Part shown: positions 1-13,432 of the stretch, one piece after another
Layout of the letters: each line of letters opens with the position of its first letter
Position numbering within the stretch: position 1 is the stretch's first letter
Source of the DNA: Vicugna vicugna
Lineage: Eukaryota
Reading direction: 5' to 3'
NCBI GenBank assembly: GCA_013265495.1
Contig: MU057724.1
Location: 1,317,102-1,381,101, forward strand
Length of the DNA stretch: 64,000 nt
Translations under genes and position numbers: made by a program
The notes under the pieces: generated by a model
Told to the model about the DNA's origin: nothing
The model's database searches: none
Seen by the model: only the letters and a program-made list of their open reading frames with translations

Positions 1-2584
1 GTCACGGACAGCTACTCCAGGACCCATTTAGTGACTTGTCTGATGGACGGTTCGAGCCTGTATCTGACCAGCAGTTGCACAGGGATCTGCAGGTGACTTG
101 GATCAGATGTGGCTCATAAATGCAAGTGATCTGGGCTCAGAATTCACTTCCTGGAGAGGTTGAAACGGCAGCCGACATAGGGTCAGAAAGCCTCGCGTAG
201 AGGAAGGAAACACTGGCCAAATTACTAAGGCTTCATTCTCTGGCCGCTCTTAGGCATTTAGCACAGGGCAAGGGCCTGCCTAAAAACTGGGGAAATGGGC
301 GATTCTGTCATCAGACTTCTACTGAAAGACAAGACTAGAGTGGGTGTGTGGTGGCAATGACAGACAGGGTGCACGATTCAGGGAGCCTCAGCGTGCTGGC
401 CCAGCGCGATTCCGACACGCGCTCTCTGAGCCCAGAGGCGTGCGGCCGGCGTGGCTGGCACCACCCTGCTGCAGGGGGCGTAGACTGCCGAGCGCAGGCT
501 TCCTTGATGTTGGGTCTGGAACAAATGAAAGGAGTCTCTTTTGCAAAACAATAAAGGAGTATCTTCCTTGAGCTCATGTCTTCGTCACAGAGAATGCATC
601 CTTTGTGGAGGACAATGATAAATCACAACACATATTTGAAAATCCAAACCAAGAAGCCTGAATTCAGTGACTTATGACCTCATTATGATCAGGCGAAACA
701 CGTAAGGAGAGAAAAAATGTGCAAACGTGCATTTTACCTGTATTTCCCCATATCTTAATGAACTGGGAAATACAGGTATTTTGTGAAGCACAGATATCAA
801 TTTATTGATGTCACTATATTTAATTGTCGTAGTTACGTTTATAAAAGCCTTTAATACATTTAAATCTTCAGATAATCTCATGCACTGTTAGTGAGAGGTC
901 ACACGTTTCTGGAGGGCAGTCCTGCATTAAGTGTCAACATTAAACTGCACGTATCATTTGGCTCAATAGTTCTTCTTTTTTAAGGGGCATTGTTAACGGA
1001 AAAAAGTTGACGTGTAACAGAAAGATAAAGACAAGACAGTTGTCCCACCAATAGAAAAATTGTCACATAGATTTGTTACAGTTGTTCCCTGGATTATAAT
1101 ACCAACATACTCCAACAGGTCTATAAGTGCAGAAATAAAAGTTTAAACATTAAACACTCACCCCCACAATAAATCCACCTTTGGGTTTTTTCTTCCCCTT
1201 TGCACATGTTTCAAGTTTTAGGAGGATGTCTTTGAGATGGTCAACCCTGAGTGTCCCTAGAGCAGACACAGAGTCCAGAGGAGCTTGAAGATAAAGTTTT
1301 CATGTTTCATTTTATATATTTTGTATGTTTGATTTATTTTTAATGAACATTTGTATAGATATTATTTATTAGCTTAAAAAAATATTATTTATTAACATTA
1401 AAAATGAAAAAATAAGACAAAAGTTATGTTACATACAATTTATTACCCAAAATAAGAAAATATAGATGGGACATATGATTATTTGTGACATAGCAGTTCT
1501 TAAGGTTTCGAGTGAATTTTAGGTTTTAATTACATTTTGAAAAAATACCAGCATATTTCTGAAGTACTACAGAAACCACAGAGCCTTGCTGCCTGGACTC
1601 CTGGACTGCAGTTCTCAGGCCACTTGCCCAGCGAGGAAGCAAGGACGCTTCCTCTCACCAAGTGTGGCAACTTTTCTGGGTTATTAGTTTTGATTCCGTC
1701 CTCAGAAATGAAAGCGTAAACCTGGTGGGAGAATGAGTTTGTCAGGCCAGCCTCAAAGTGTGTTCTAACAAATTGGCGCAGAGGAGAATGTCATGGTAAC
1801 GTTTGTAGTGACTTTTAACCACTTAGTGAGCAATGACCTGCACTGAAATTTGCATTTTAATTACATAATCCGACCCACTGGGGCATGAATTAATTTTAAT
1901 CACAGTTTCAACAACAGGCAGATTTAGGAGAATGACTAAAATGGATATGCTTAATATGCATTTGTTGTAGTGACAGAAACTAAAATTTTTTAATGAAATT
2001 TGTTTGAATTTCTTAAGCTCTGTGTAATAGTTTATTTTGTTCCTTGAGCAAAACAATAAATGCAGAACACGCGTCAATGTGCGTGAAGCACTGACAAGTG
2101 CTCGGTGAGGAGCCTGCAGAATTGTGATGAAGCCGTGTTTAGGGCACTGGACGTGCTGGGGAGCAGCCCTCCCTGGAGGGAGTGACGCAGCGCATTTAGA
2201 AGTTAATACATACTGAATACTCTATGGTAATACATCAGGAGGAGGGAGATCCAGAAGCAGAATGGAGATGCGTCCGGAGGAAGGAAAACAGGAATGAACA
2301 CTCACTGGCTTATTCTGACATTTAAAGCAGTTCAGTTAAAGCTTCAGTTAAACTCCTCCTGGGGTTTCCCTGTGGAGAAGGGCCTCTGCTGAACCTCCTG
2401 CAGGGGCCCTGGAAAGAGGCTGGAGGGAAGGCACTGCCGGGGGCGTGGACAAGGCGGCAGGATGTTAGCAGATGTCGGTCCATTCCTTAGAGGTGGAGGG
2501 GTGAGCACCTGCCACTTCATAAGATCTCCCCGTAGCGTCTCACCCCTCTCTGAATAACACCGAAGCCTTTACAAGAGAGCCTCT

Positions 2585-2780
2585 CTCAGAGTCCAGTCAA
2601 GAGGCAGAAACCACTCCTGCTGTTTGAACAGAGAGAATTTGATGTACGGAATTTTAACCAGATATCAAGTGTTAAATACGTGACTGAAAAGGTAAACAGA
2701 AGGGACTAGAGTTAGCGCAGAGGAGCAGGAAGCAGCCCCACGCCCGGGGCTGAAGGGACAAAGGGAAGAGGCCATGCACA
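2585..2780. mobile_element. Old ERVL/MaLR-type LTR fragment next to the MLT2
   Basis: 'agtccagtcaagaggcagaaaccact...aacagagagaattt' resembles recalled ancient LTR termini; family not resolved. Confidence 0.4.
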
Positions 2781-2784
2781 AGGC

Positions 2785-3153
2785 AAGGGGCTCTAGGAAA
2801 TGAAGTAACCGATGGGAGATACGTACAAAGAGAGATTTAGTTTAAGGAGGTGGCTCCTGTGAGTGTTGGGGCTGGAAATTTGAAATCTATGAGACAGGCC
2901 AGCAGGCAGAAACTCAGTCCTGAGGCGGAATTCCTTCTTCTCCAGGAAACCTCAGTTTTGCTCCTAAGCCCTTCACCCAATTAGGAGAGGCCCACCCTCG
3001 TGGTGGAGGGGGACCTGCTGTATCTACAGTGAGCTTGTTGCAGATGTTCATCACATCTACAGATGAACGTCACAGCAGCATCCAGGCCAGCGTTTGATCA
3101 AACAACGAGGCATCAAAGCCCAGCTCAGTTGACACGTAAAACTAACCATCACA
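2785..3153 (-). mobile_element. ERVL LTR, MLT2-like (solo)
   Basis: The reverse complement begins TGTGATGGTTAGTTTTACGTGTCAACT..., matching the recalled MLT2 5' terminus. Confidence 0.75.
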
Positions 3154-4419
3154 GGCAGGAATAATTAAGATGTGAGAATGGGGTCTGGAGGACATGAAAT
3201 TCAGGTTTTGAGGAGGAGAAGGCAGTGCAGAGCTCATGCTGGGGGCTCTGAGCTAGAGGAGCAACTTTGTGGGGGGAACATGTAAATTTGGCCTCGGAAA
3301 TGTTGGAAAGCCTGTGAGCAAGACACAGCTGTGGCTCCAGGAAGCCTTCCTGGGGTGATGCGCACAGGAGGGCGGACAGGAAGCAGACAGGAGAGGTGTG
3401 AGCAGACAGGACCCCTCCTTCACTCCCTGTCCCCTGAGCAGACCCCCTGCCCCCGAGTGTGAAAAGCCAGGCCAGCTTAGCAAAGCTGAAAGGTGAGGCC
3501 CCTGGGTCATGAAAGAAGTTCACTGATTCTCCCAAGCAGATCTGCAGCCAGAGTAACATGAGTGTCAGTCACCGCACCTTGACCTGCAGGGAACCCATGG
3601 CCTTTCGCACCTGAGTGTCAGTCACACCCCAGGAGACAGGCTGGGGAGAACACTGCTTCTCTGCCTGTGCCCAGGCAGAAGTCACTGTCCCCACTCCCGA
3701 AAGGACAGGACTCAACCCATCCTTTTGAGACAGGATGGAAAGGGCAAGGGCCAACATTTCTAAATGTCTCTCCCAGGGCCAGATAAACCCCGATGTCTCT
3801 GGATTATGTGGCCTGGAGAGTCTCCAAGCGCTGAGCCTCCTCCTTTTTTGAAATGAGCACGGGAGAGAGCAAGCCGATCCCCCGGCCCCCGGGTCTCAGT
3901 GGGGACCCGTCTGGCCTGCAGCCGCTCGGTCTCGCGGGGGATGAAGGAAGTTTTATTATCCTTCAGTTCAGAGCAGAGCAATTAACTAGAAAAACAGCTA
4001 CGAATCTGGAATCTGATTCTCCAGATGTGCAGGGTAGAAACTGTTTCTAGTAACAGTAAAGACAAGCTTGTCCTGTCTTGTTCTGGGAGCATTTCCTGGT
4101 CTTGGAGTGAGGGCTTTGCACAGGAGCCCCAGGAACTCCAGAGAGCCCCTTCTCGTAGTGCAGTGAGCGGGCAGGCATGTTTTGAAAGCGAATACATTTT
4201 CTTTCCCACGGTTTTCTCCGTAATCATGGATCATGGCCCTGGCTATGTTGTAAATCTAGTTTAACCAGAACACATTTGTACGGTTGCCTGAATAGCATTC
4301 TTCCCTGATTTCAGGACAATTCTTAACACTTTGTAGAACTTCATCAAATCAGTAATAAGTGACTCCGAATCCTGGAGCCAGAAGGCTTATTCGCGGGGGT
4401 GATTTTGTGTTAAATGGGG

Positions 4420-4750
4420 CAATCAGAGGACGAGCCGCGTCGGTGGCCGCGGGCAGGAGGACCCTGCGCGCCGCTTCCTTCGTCACTTCCTTAAGCGTGA
4501 TGTCACTGACCCGACTGTGCCCCCCTTTCCCCTGACACGTGGAAGAAGACGTAAGGGATGAGCCGCGCAGAGGAGCGCAGTGAGGGTGCTCGCCGAGGAG
4601 CGCCCTTCACCCCCTCGGGGGTAACGGGCTGGTTTCACGCGCGTGGCGCGCGGACCCTGCGGCCCTGCAGCGCCCGCTTTCCACGCCGTGGGGAGCCTCC
4701 AGGTACAGCCCGGATGATGCGGCTGATGTGTCAACTGATTCGTCATTAAG
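4420..4750. promoter_or_regulatory. Small intronic CpG-rich patch
   Basis: Dense CpG/GC relative to the flanks; CGTCACTTCC at 4481-4490. Confidence 0.4.
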
Positions 4751-5094
4751 AAATGCTTTAAAACAAGCTCGCTTGAGGCAGAAGTACTGCCCTGTTTAGG
4801 AGACACGTTTTTCGCAGGCCTGGGATATGCCCCTAACTGCAGACCAAAGTAGCCCCAAACACAAACCTGTGCGTTAAGTTACATCTGCACTTACAGTTAC
4901 ATTCCAGCTGTGAAAGGTGGGGCAGGCTTGGGAAATGATGGAGTATGTCATAAAATGATACCTATGTTCTATGCTTTATTTGATTATCTTTTATCAGTTT
5001 ATGAAAAATGTATTTTGTGTGCTCTTCCTCTCCTGAAATACTAAGTAAAAAACGAAATCATGTCTAACTCGGAGCCAAATATGAGAAAACCAGT

Positions 5095-5166
5095 AAAAAA
5101 AAAAAAAAAAAAAACCAAAAAAAAAAAAAAAAAAAAAAACCAAAAAAACCCCCAAAAAACCCCAAA
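5095..5166 (+). repeat. Interrupted poly(A) / A-C tract
   Basis: Long A runs separated by CC or CCCC. Confidence 0.9.
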
Positions 5167-6279
5167 GCTGAAAGCATGAGGACCATCACACGCAAAGAGA
5201 AATCGTGGTTTTGCCGTGGAGGGTGGGGCCACGTGTGTCCACTCGCAGGCCCGGTGTGGGTGGGTTCCAGCTGTCCGGCCAGGCCGAGTCCCCAGCCGGG
5301 GGGACCCCAACCCCATCTGAGCGAGAGGCGTGGCTGAGATACCAGAACTGGGGAGAGGAGGGTCGTTGGTGAAAATGCCCTGAAACACAGTCAGAGGGTG
5401 GGCTGAGGCCTGAGACGTGGTGTGAGAGGCAAGGTCTCAGCGGAGGGAAGCAGGCGGGGTGCTGGCAAAGCGCAGGTGCCTCCCGCCTGCGAGCGCTCTT
5501 TGCCTCGCTCCCCGCGGGCGTCGCTGCCCAGAGCTCGCAGTGCAACATCATGAGGAGGGTGCAGGAGGAACTTCCTGAAAGTGCATTATGTCTCCTCCAC
5601 CATATAATTATTTCACACAGAGTCACAGGAATGATGGAAAATAAAAGCGCCTTTGACCTCTATGCAGAACTGAGAACAGCCCTCTCCTGTGACACAGAAA
5701 ATGCTGAGGTCGCTCTCTGACCTGGACAACGGGCATGAGGGAACGTCCCTTACAGATCTGACAGCCTCGCTCTTACCGGCTACATCCCCAGCCTGTTCCT
5801 CAGAGCTACACTCAGGTCAAAATAGTAAAATTGTATTCAGTGATAATTTTTGAAAAATATCAGCATACTGTTCCGAATATTTCAGCTTCCAGCAAGTTAG
5901 AGAGGTGGAAAGAGGCAGCAAACTCAAATTTCACAGCCTTAGGAAGCCCAGATCTGCCCTTCCTGTGGTTATGTAGACCACTTCATTCTCTTTTTCTCTC
6001 GCCAGTGCAGAGAAGTCATAAACTGTACGTTTTGTTAAATTGAATTAAAACAAAACCCTCTGACTTCATTAAGAAATGATATAATGATTAAGGTGATATA
6101 ATTCTTATAACTTATCACTAAAATCTTATCTCGTTGCAATGGCCTCAGAATGACAGGGGATTTAACCAGGTTGGTGAGAATACTTTCTTTCTATAAAACT
6201 CATAAAACCCTATATTGTTTTTAAAGTGAGATTGTTGTAAAACTGTTACTAGTAATTGTATGCTGCTTTAAAAATGAAG

Positions 6280-6634
6280 TTTTATCAAATATAAGACATT
6301 ATAGAAAATTCATAAAATGTAGATGTACAGCTTGATTATTCGAAAGCTAAACCCCTGTGTGACCACAATTTAAGTCAAAGGAAGTGGACTGTTTGCAGCT
6401 CAGATTCTGCCTCCCGCTCTGTTCTGTTCCCCGTCACACCTGGCTCACTTGCTTCTAAAATAACTACTATCCTGACAGCTTGGGTAGCAATTGTCTTAAT
6501 TTACTGTAGTACCTTTTATTCCAATCAAGATGGCATTCCAAAACACTACCATAGTTTATCTGAATCAATTCATACATATATGTACACATGTATACACATA
6601 TATTTGACATATTCTATATATATATATGTGTGTG

Positions 6635-6665
<31 letters not shown>

Positions 6666-7060
6666 GCTTCTTTCAATCAGCATTGTGTTCTGTGAGATTC
6701 ACTTAACGTTGTCCTGTAATGTCTCATTTTTCTTGCTGTGTACTTTTTGATATCACAGTTGGTTACTGTACTCATCTACAGAGTATATTGGAGGGCACAC
6801 AGTTCATTAATATTTTAAGCCATTTGTACATGGTTGGGACTACTAAGAACAGTGCTACAGGAACATTCTTGTACATGAGCCTCAGGGCACCTGGGCTGAG
6901 TTTGCATTAAAAGTGAAGGCTCACACTCTCCCCAGCTGCATAGGAGCTCTTACGTTTCTACAGGCCCTCACCATAATTTGGTATTTTCTGTCTTTTTAAT
7001 TGTAGCCACTTTGGAAGATTATACACAGGGAATGCATACTGGTTTAAAATTGCATTTCTT
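6280..7060 (-). mobile_element. Ancient L1 (L1M-type) 3' fragment containing a (TA)n microsatellite
   Basis: Antisense L1 3' phrases such as 'cttctttcaatcagcattgtgttctgtgagattcac' and 'ttttaattgtagccactttgga'. Confidence 0.6.
6571..6664. repeat. (TA)n/(TG)n compound microsatellite
   Basis: tatatatatatatgtgtgtgtatatatatatatata seen directly. Confidence 0.9.
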
Positions 7061-7074
7061 GTAGTGTGATGGAT

Positions 7075-7700
7075 TTAGATCTTCCATGTAAGGCTCTAAC
7101 TCATTTTGAGTTGATTTCTGTTTATGATGTGAGATAAAGGTCCAGTGTCATTCTTCAGCACGTGGGTGCTGTTCCCCCAGCACCAGTTACTGAAGAGACT
7201 GTCCGTTCCTCACTGTGTGTTCTTGGCATCTTTGTCAAAGATGAGCTGACCACATGAGCGTGGGTGTACTTCTGGGTTCTCTGTTCTGTTGCATCAGTCT
7301 GCCTCTGCTTTCATACCAGTATCTTACTGATTTGATTACTGTTACTTTGTAATACATTTTAAAATCAGCAGGTGCAATGCCTCTAGCTTTGTGCTTACTC
7401 ATATGGTTGTCGTGATTCAAGTACCTGTGGTACCCCATTAATTTTAGGACGATTTTTCTATTTCCATGAAGAATCTCATTGGGATTTTGACAGGGATGGC
7501 ATCACATCTGTCACTTTGGTTATTAGGGCCACATTAAAGTATTAATTGTCCCAATCCATGAGCACAGGTGTCTTTCTATTTATCTGTATCTTCTTTAATT
7601 CCCTTCAATAATGTTTTATAATTTTCAGTGTACAAGACTTTCACCTCCTTGGTTAAGTTTATCCCTAAGTATTTTATACTCTGGTGCTATTGTTAATTTA
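7075..7700 (-). mobile_element. L1 ORF2 fragment (degenerate)
   Basis: ORF 7235..7438(-) 'GIAPADFKMYYKVTVIKSVRYWY' matches the L1 ORF2 motif 'PDFKLYYKATVIKTAWYW'. Confidence 0.85.
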
Positions 7701-9118
7701 ATTCAGAGACTGGTGAATGAGCACCTTCAAATAAAGTTAAAAATAGCAAAAGGGAACAGAATTAAGGATCAATTTGCAAATTGAAAAAGAAATGAAAACA
7801 AGAAAAAACGTTGAATCACATTTTACAGCAGGTAAAATGTTCCCAAATTTTTAACATAGCATTCCTATGTTTTTCCATTTCATTACTGAGTATGTTTCAT
7901 AATTTTGTCATAAAAGATTTTAGCCAGTGTTTTAAATCACCTGCTCAGTATTATGTTTCTGTGTTTGAGGCTTAAATCTGCCTTTGAAGGGAAAAGCAAG
8001 CAACTGTTGCTCTGTAATCTGAAAGCAGGGTAGCCTAGACTGTCCCCTGGGTCTAGTGTTAACTGTCATTAGTAACCACAGGGTCGTCTACATCACAAAC
8101 AAGGACGCGTGCAAACGTGCGTGTTTAACACTTCTGCGCCTTCCCGTCTAACTGGCTCACACAGCCACCCCTTGGTGCCCGCGAGGGCTGTTCCCGGCAC
8201 CGCTGCGGGTGTCCCTCCCGCGGTCTGGCCTCCACATCCGCGGGTCCTGCGTTTGCGGGTTCAGACGACCCCAGATCATGTACTTCATTCAAAATCCCCA
8301 CTGGGCTGAACCCCGTGGATACCGAGGCCAACTGTCATCTATTAACTGGCACCGTGAAATTAGACATTCACACTTCTGAGAGCAAAATATTCACAACGTA
8401 AGTCTGCTAAGGCGACGAAGAGCGCAGTGGAAGCTACAGCCCACTTCTGAACGCTTTTGCACGCGAGGCGGAGCTGGCGGCGACACGAAATGCGACTCCG
8501 TGCAGCTCCCTGCAGCGTTTCTCAGGCTCAGGATGGTCAACTCGTACATGGAGAGGGGCTCCTCCCCTTGGACGGTAAACTCATAGCGAGGCTGGTAATA
8601 CACTGTAGGCTAAAATATTTCTCTTCTCCGAATGTACTTACCGTTGAAAGAAAGCAGTGCCCAGTGGTTGTCACTTCTGGACTCAACCCACCAGTGTAAA
8701 TGTATGTGCACAAAGTCACCCTCGATCTGGGTTAGTGCTAGGAAATCCCGGCGAAACGGAAGTTCTGCAGTGCCTGGAATGCCAGGTTTGTCCTCATTTT
8801 ATACATTGAAGCCTACGTTCCATGACGTTCTGGCTTTCGTTGTTTCTCATGAGAAATCAGTTCACAATCCAGCCATTGGTTCTGGAAGGTAACGTGTGTG
8901 TGTGGTTGATAAACACCGGCGGAAACACACAGACTCTTAGGAGAGGTTCACGTTCACTTACTGAAGGTTGATCTGGTTCACGCACCTTTTGTGCCAATTA
9001 ATCTGACAATTTTATGAGGAAATTAGAGTACCACGGGATGTGAAGAGCACACAGAAGCCACCTGGCAGGTGCTTGCGTGCGTGCGTGTAATGCACTGTGT
9101 GTGCCTGTGCCCCTGCAG

Positions 9119-9235
9119 GTCGTCTACATGGGCTGGTGCGAGGCCCGGGAGCCGGACCCCATCCAGGACCGCGCGTACGCGCCGGCGTTCCTCGCCCTGA
9201 GGGGCTCGTGCCTCTACCGGTTCCTGGCACCTCCA
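9119..9235 (+). CDS. SNTG1: Gamma-1-syntrophin internal coding exon (start of the C-terminal PH region): VVYMGWCEAREPDPIQDRAYAPAFLALRGSCLYRFLAPP
   Basis: Acceptor ccctgcag| and donor |gtaagt; 117 nt, phase 0/0. The peptide matches the recalled gamma-syntrophin motif 'VYMGWCEARE...FLALRGSCLY.FLAPP'. Upstream exons were not found in the window. Confidence 0.95.
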
Positions 9236-10344
9236 GTAAGTGTTCCTATCCAGCACTCGTCATCGTCTTCGCGACGTCGCAGCACAGCGACCTCAGCTCC
9301 ACAACAGCAAATGGCACGTGCCCATGTATTTCAAAGCTAAGATACAGAGAAAGCTAGAAAAAAAGATGCAGATGCTTCTGAGAGCATCTTGCTGGCGTTA
9401 AAACATTAACTTCACAGCCCGGGAAAACCTAGCAGGCCTTTCTGCTTAGGCTGCCGTGACGGGCAGGCCGCGCACGTTTGTCCGCAGAGCACGGCCTGCC
9501 CCAGTCGGTCAGCAGGGCTCTGACAAGCGGCCTCGTCCCGCGTCTGGTCCCGCGGCTGTGCGCGAGCTGGGCATGGGTAGCCGCTCGCCGGCGGTCGTGC
9601 CTTGGGGACATGCACCTTACACAGAGTAGAGTCTCAATTAACGTTTACTGAATATAAATATTAAATGTCACACCGCTCACTCACAAGTCTAGTAACACAT
9701 ACGACCTTGAAGTATCAAGTTAGACTTGAAGCAGTTTTGAACATCTTTGTCTACACAAAGCTCAACGCACCTGGAAGACAGGAAAGAAAAATAAAGATTT
9801 GTCTCTTTCACAAATTCCTGCTGTTCCTACTCTGAATGTTTTCTTATGACCAATCAGACAAATAGGTGTCAAACACAAGTTAGGAAGCAGCTCGTGGCGC
9901 TCAGCGTGTCGCCGTGTCCAGGGGCAGGAGGGCTCCTGGTCTCCCTTAAAAGTCACAGCCAGGGCTGCCGTGGCATCTGGGAGTCTCTGTGTGTCACTGG
10001 TGGGAAGCAGGAAGAAAGTTCCATGTGTGAAATACACACACTTGGTATTTACATGAAGAGGATACACACACTATCTAAAATGTATCGACACAGTCGGGGG
10101 GGGGGGGCAGAAATTGTCGCGCATCATGTGAAGTCCTTGCTGAAATGGGAAGAGACATGGCGGTGAAACCTGGGCGGGGGGTGGAAATGCCGTCCCGGGG
10201 TTTGTGTGCGGAAACCTCGCAGCTCAGAGTCTGTGTGGTGCACGTGCGAAAGTCTCATGGGTGCTCCGTGCTATATAAGAAGAGACAAAAAGAGGGGCTG
10301 TCTTTCTAAAACAAATGGCACATGAGTTTCTCATCTTTTTAAAG

Positions 10345-10416
10345 GTGACCACGTGGGACTGGACCCGGGCAGAGAAAACATTTTCAGTTTATGAGATTAT
10401 GTGCAAGATTCTCAAG
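10345..10416 (+). CDS. SNTG1: Gamma-1-syntrophin coding exon: VTTWDWTRAEKTFSVYEIMCKILK
   Basis: Acceptor tctttttaaag| and donor |gtatga; 72 nt, phase 0/0. Continues the frame of the previous exon. Too short for the ORF track. Confidence 0.95.
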
Positions 10417-13327
10417 GTATGATCAACAAGTGGTGGTCATTTTAATTGCTTTTCTTCAGCCAGTAGGGGTCCTGGGCTCATAGGTAGTTCATGGAAACAA
10501 ACGATGCATGGATATGAAAGAAAACACAAGATAAAGACAAAAGAAAAAATATATATGGTTTAAATCTGCTTTTTCATGTAAAAATATGCTTTGAGACTTT
10601 GTTATGTCAATTAATATTCTTCCCCCAAAAATATGACTTTGTAATAGGTTTTACCTATCCCATCGTTTGGCCATCTTTTTAGCCAGTCTCTTAATTTTGC
10701 CTTTAGACAACACCCTGTCGGACATATTGCAGCATCATTCTCTGATTTATTGCGCAGACACTTGAGTGTTGCTGTATTCCAGGGCATCTGCTAAGCAGTG
10801 TGTGACTGGTGACAGAGGTGGAGGCACCCCGCTTTCAGCGAGCTGGCGTTTTATTAGGGTGACACCGTGTGTGGTTAAGGGGCCCAGGAAAAAGAACAGC
10901 GAAGAATTGAAAAACTCTTGTGTAACCTCTAAGTTATTTCCTTTAGTCTGAATTCTGAGATTTGGAAATCCCGGGTAGAAAATGTTTGAATATATTCAAG
11001 ACGCTGGGTGCGTTTATCTAAACTGCCTCTAGAAAACCCTTGGCACTTTCCGCTGCTGTCACAAGAGCCCGGTGGTGCCTGGTGGTCAGCACTCTGCCCA
11101 AATCACAGCCAAGCAACACTTCTTACCTTCCCACATAAAACTTGCCATCGGCCTCTTAGTTGCTCTGGGGAAATTTTCACCTGGGTTATACGGCCTGGAG
11201 AGAAATATTTTCAGACATTGAATAACACACACCTACCCTCACTTGTCATCTGTGACAAGGAAGCTCTCCGGCCGCGAGCTAGCTCCACACCAAGTAAAGC
11301 GCCAAGGGCGCCTGCTGGGTGCTGTGACCTGGACCACCCCGCCTGCTCAGCCCTCCGCCCACCACCTGCTGCAGCCTCGGGCCGCCTGCCCGCCCGCCGG
11401 CTCTGGCCCCTCCATCCCCCTCCGCTCACACCAGCCCCGGCTTCTCTGACTGTGTCACCGCCCCCCCAGATTCCTGGAATCCTTTGCTCCTGCCTCTGCT
11501 CACCTGTCACCTCCCTTGCCGCCCTTTCTTCATTCTGTATAAATGGCAGTGTCCCCTGGGGCTGGCGTCCCTGAGTTAGCAGGCGTTCCTGACACTGGCC
11601 TTGTTGCCGTGAGGTGGCTCCTTGTTTGTGCTGTGGCTCCTCTCACCCCCCTCCAGACCAGCCTCCCGGGGACAGAGGTGCCACCTGACTGGCTCAGAGA
11701 GACGTCTCCCCACCCGAGCAGCGCCTGGCGCAGCCAGTGGGCAGTCCTCCTTGGTTGAACATCGGCTGAATACCCCCTCCAGGCACGGACAGGCCGGGAT
11801 AAAACACTTTCAGAGGCAGCCGTGGGTACCTGCAACCTTGAACTCTGCTCCAAGGTGTTTCCATGGTTATAAGTTGTTTGTGTTTGTTTAAAAGAAGTAA
11901 CACTAGGGGAAAAAAAAAGCATCTGACGGGCCTGCGACGTAAGTGGCGTCTGGTTTATCCTGACCAGCTCTTTAGAAGACGCCTCGGAAGCCAGGCCAGA
12001 GGTCAGATCACGTATATTCAGGAGAGCTAACTGAGCTGTTCGGCCCTAGCACCTCCCCTTCGTTGGACAATGTGCAGGATTAACTGAACACATTTTGTGA
12101 GATGCTTGCAAAACAGACACCACATTGCACAACAACCCTCGCTTTCTACATCTGCCCAGACACGGCACTTGTACAGGAGACTGGGGTCCATAAACAGAGG
12201 TGTCGTGTTAGGTGACACAGTAATTCCTTTTATGGCTCACGTCGGCCAGACCCGCACAAGCCTGTGCCAGGGAGCGGGTGTCTTTTACTACCTGAGGGCT
12301 TCGGGAAATGCTGGCTCGGCTTCGGCACAGGGAGATGCTAAGATCATCAAATAGCTACAGCGTGGTGCCTGGGAGGGAAGGTGGAACGATTTACTTCATT
12401 TAGTTTCATAAAGAGAAAGCTCAGAGGTGACTTGATGTTTGTCCTCGAGGATAGAAAAGGTGACTTCTCAGAAGTGGTGACCACCTGTTTTGAATCACAT
12501 CTGAAGAAAGATCAAGAGTAAATTAGTATAAACTGCGATGTGAGGGATTCCGTTTTCAAAACAGGAATAGTCGGAGATGGAAGAACCATCTTCACATTCC
12601 AAACACTGAAGGCTACAGCCTAGAATTGCCTTCTTTGGACGTTTTTAAACGTGGGACTGTTTGGATTGTTTCTTAAAGGCGGGACCTCGGGACCAGCCAC
12701 AGCTCCCTCCGGTTACGACCCCATGAAATTCACCCTGAGGGAAACACGTGGCACCTGCCCCAGCCCCGCACGGCACAGCCTTTTCTCCTGAAACCACCCT
12801 TCCCGGGGGTTCCAAGTGTGGGCCTGAGGGCTCGTTTCCGTGTGATGCAATTGTCCTCGGAAGTAGAATATTAGAATTGAAATCTGGAAGGTGAAACTTG
12901 CAACTATTAATTAAAACCTTTCATCTCAGTCAGCAGCCCTGAAAGTCCTCCCTTTGACTCATATGAGAAATTAGTGTGAATGTTCTTGTTTTGTGTGCCT
13001 CTTGCTTGTTTGCTTTTCTGGTTCCAGTTTTGCTGATTTACAGCAGAGAAGCTTCTGTTTGCTTCAATAATAATGTCTTAGGGAAAATGCAGACATCAAT
13101 CAAACCGATAGTGGAAGCTGATCCAAGTGTATGAAACAGGGACTCAAGAAAGCAAATCAAATACAAGGATAAAAGTTTCTTTTGATAATAGTGTTTTGTG
13201 TGCACGCCGTGTGCTTTCTAACAACACCGCATGGAAGAGCATTTTCCCTGACGGTAGCCAGCGTTTTCCACATGGGCAGTTGTCTTCACTGGAACTCTGT
13301 TTTAAAAAGTTCTTGGCTTTTTTCTGA

Positions 13328-13432
13328 GGGGGTAACTAGGTTTATTTTAATGGAGGCACTGGGGACTGAACCCAGGACGCCCTGCGTGCTGCGTGCTAAG
13401 CGGGCACTCTGCCCCTAAGCTACACCCTCCTC
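13328..13432 (-). mobile_element. tRNA-Ala-derived SINE (camelid vic-1-like)
   Basis: tggaggcactggggactgaacccagg...gctaagc...agctacaccctcc is an antisense tRNA-Ala-like head followed by an AT-rich tail. Confidence 0.8.

Noticed and set aside
1..9118. Further upstream SNTG1 exons
   Set aside because: I found no AG-GT-bounded segment encoding recognisable syntrophin sequence. A very short exon could have been missed by eye.
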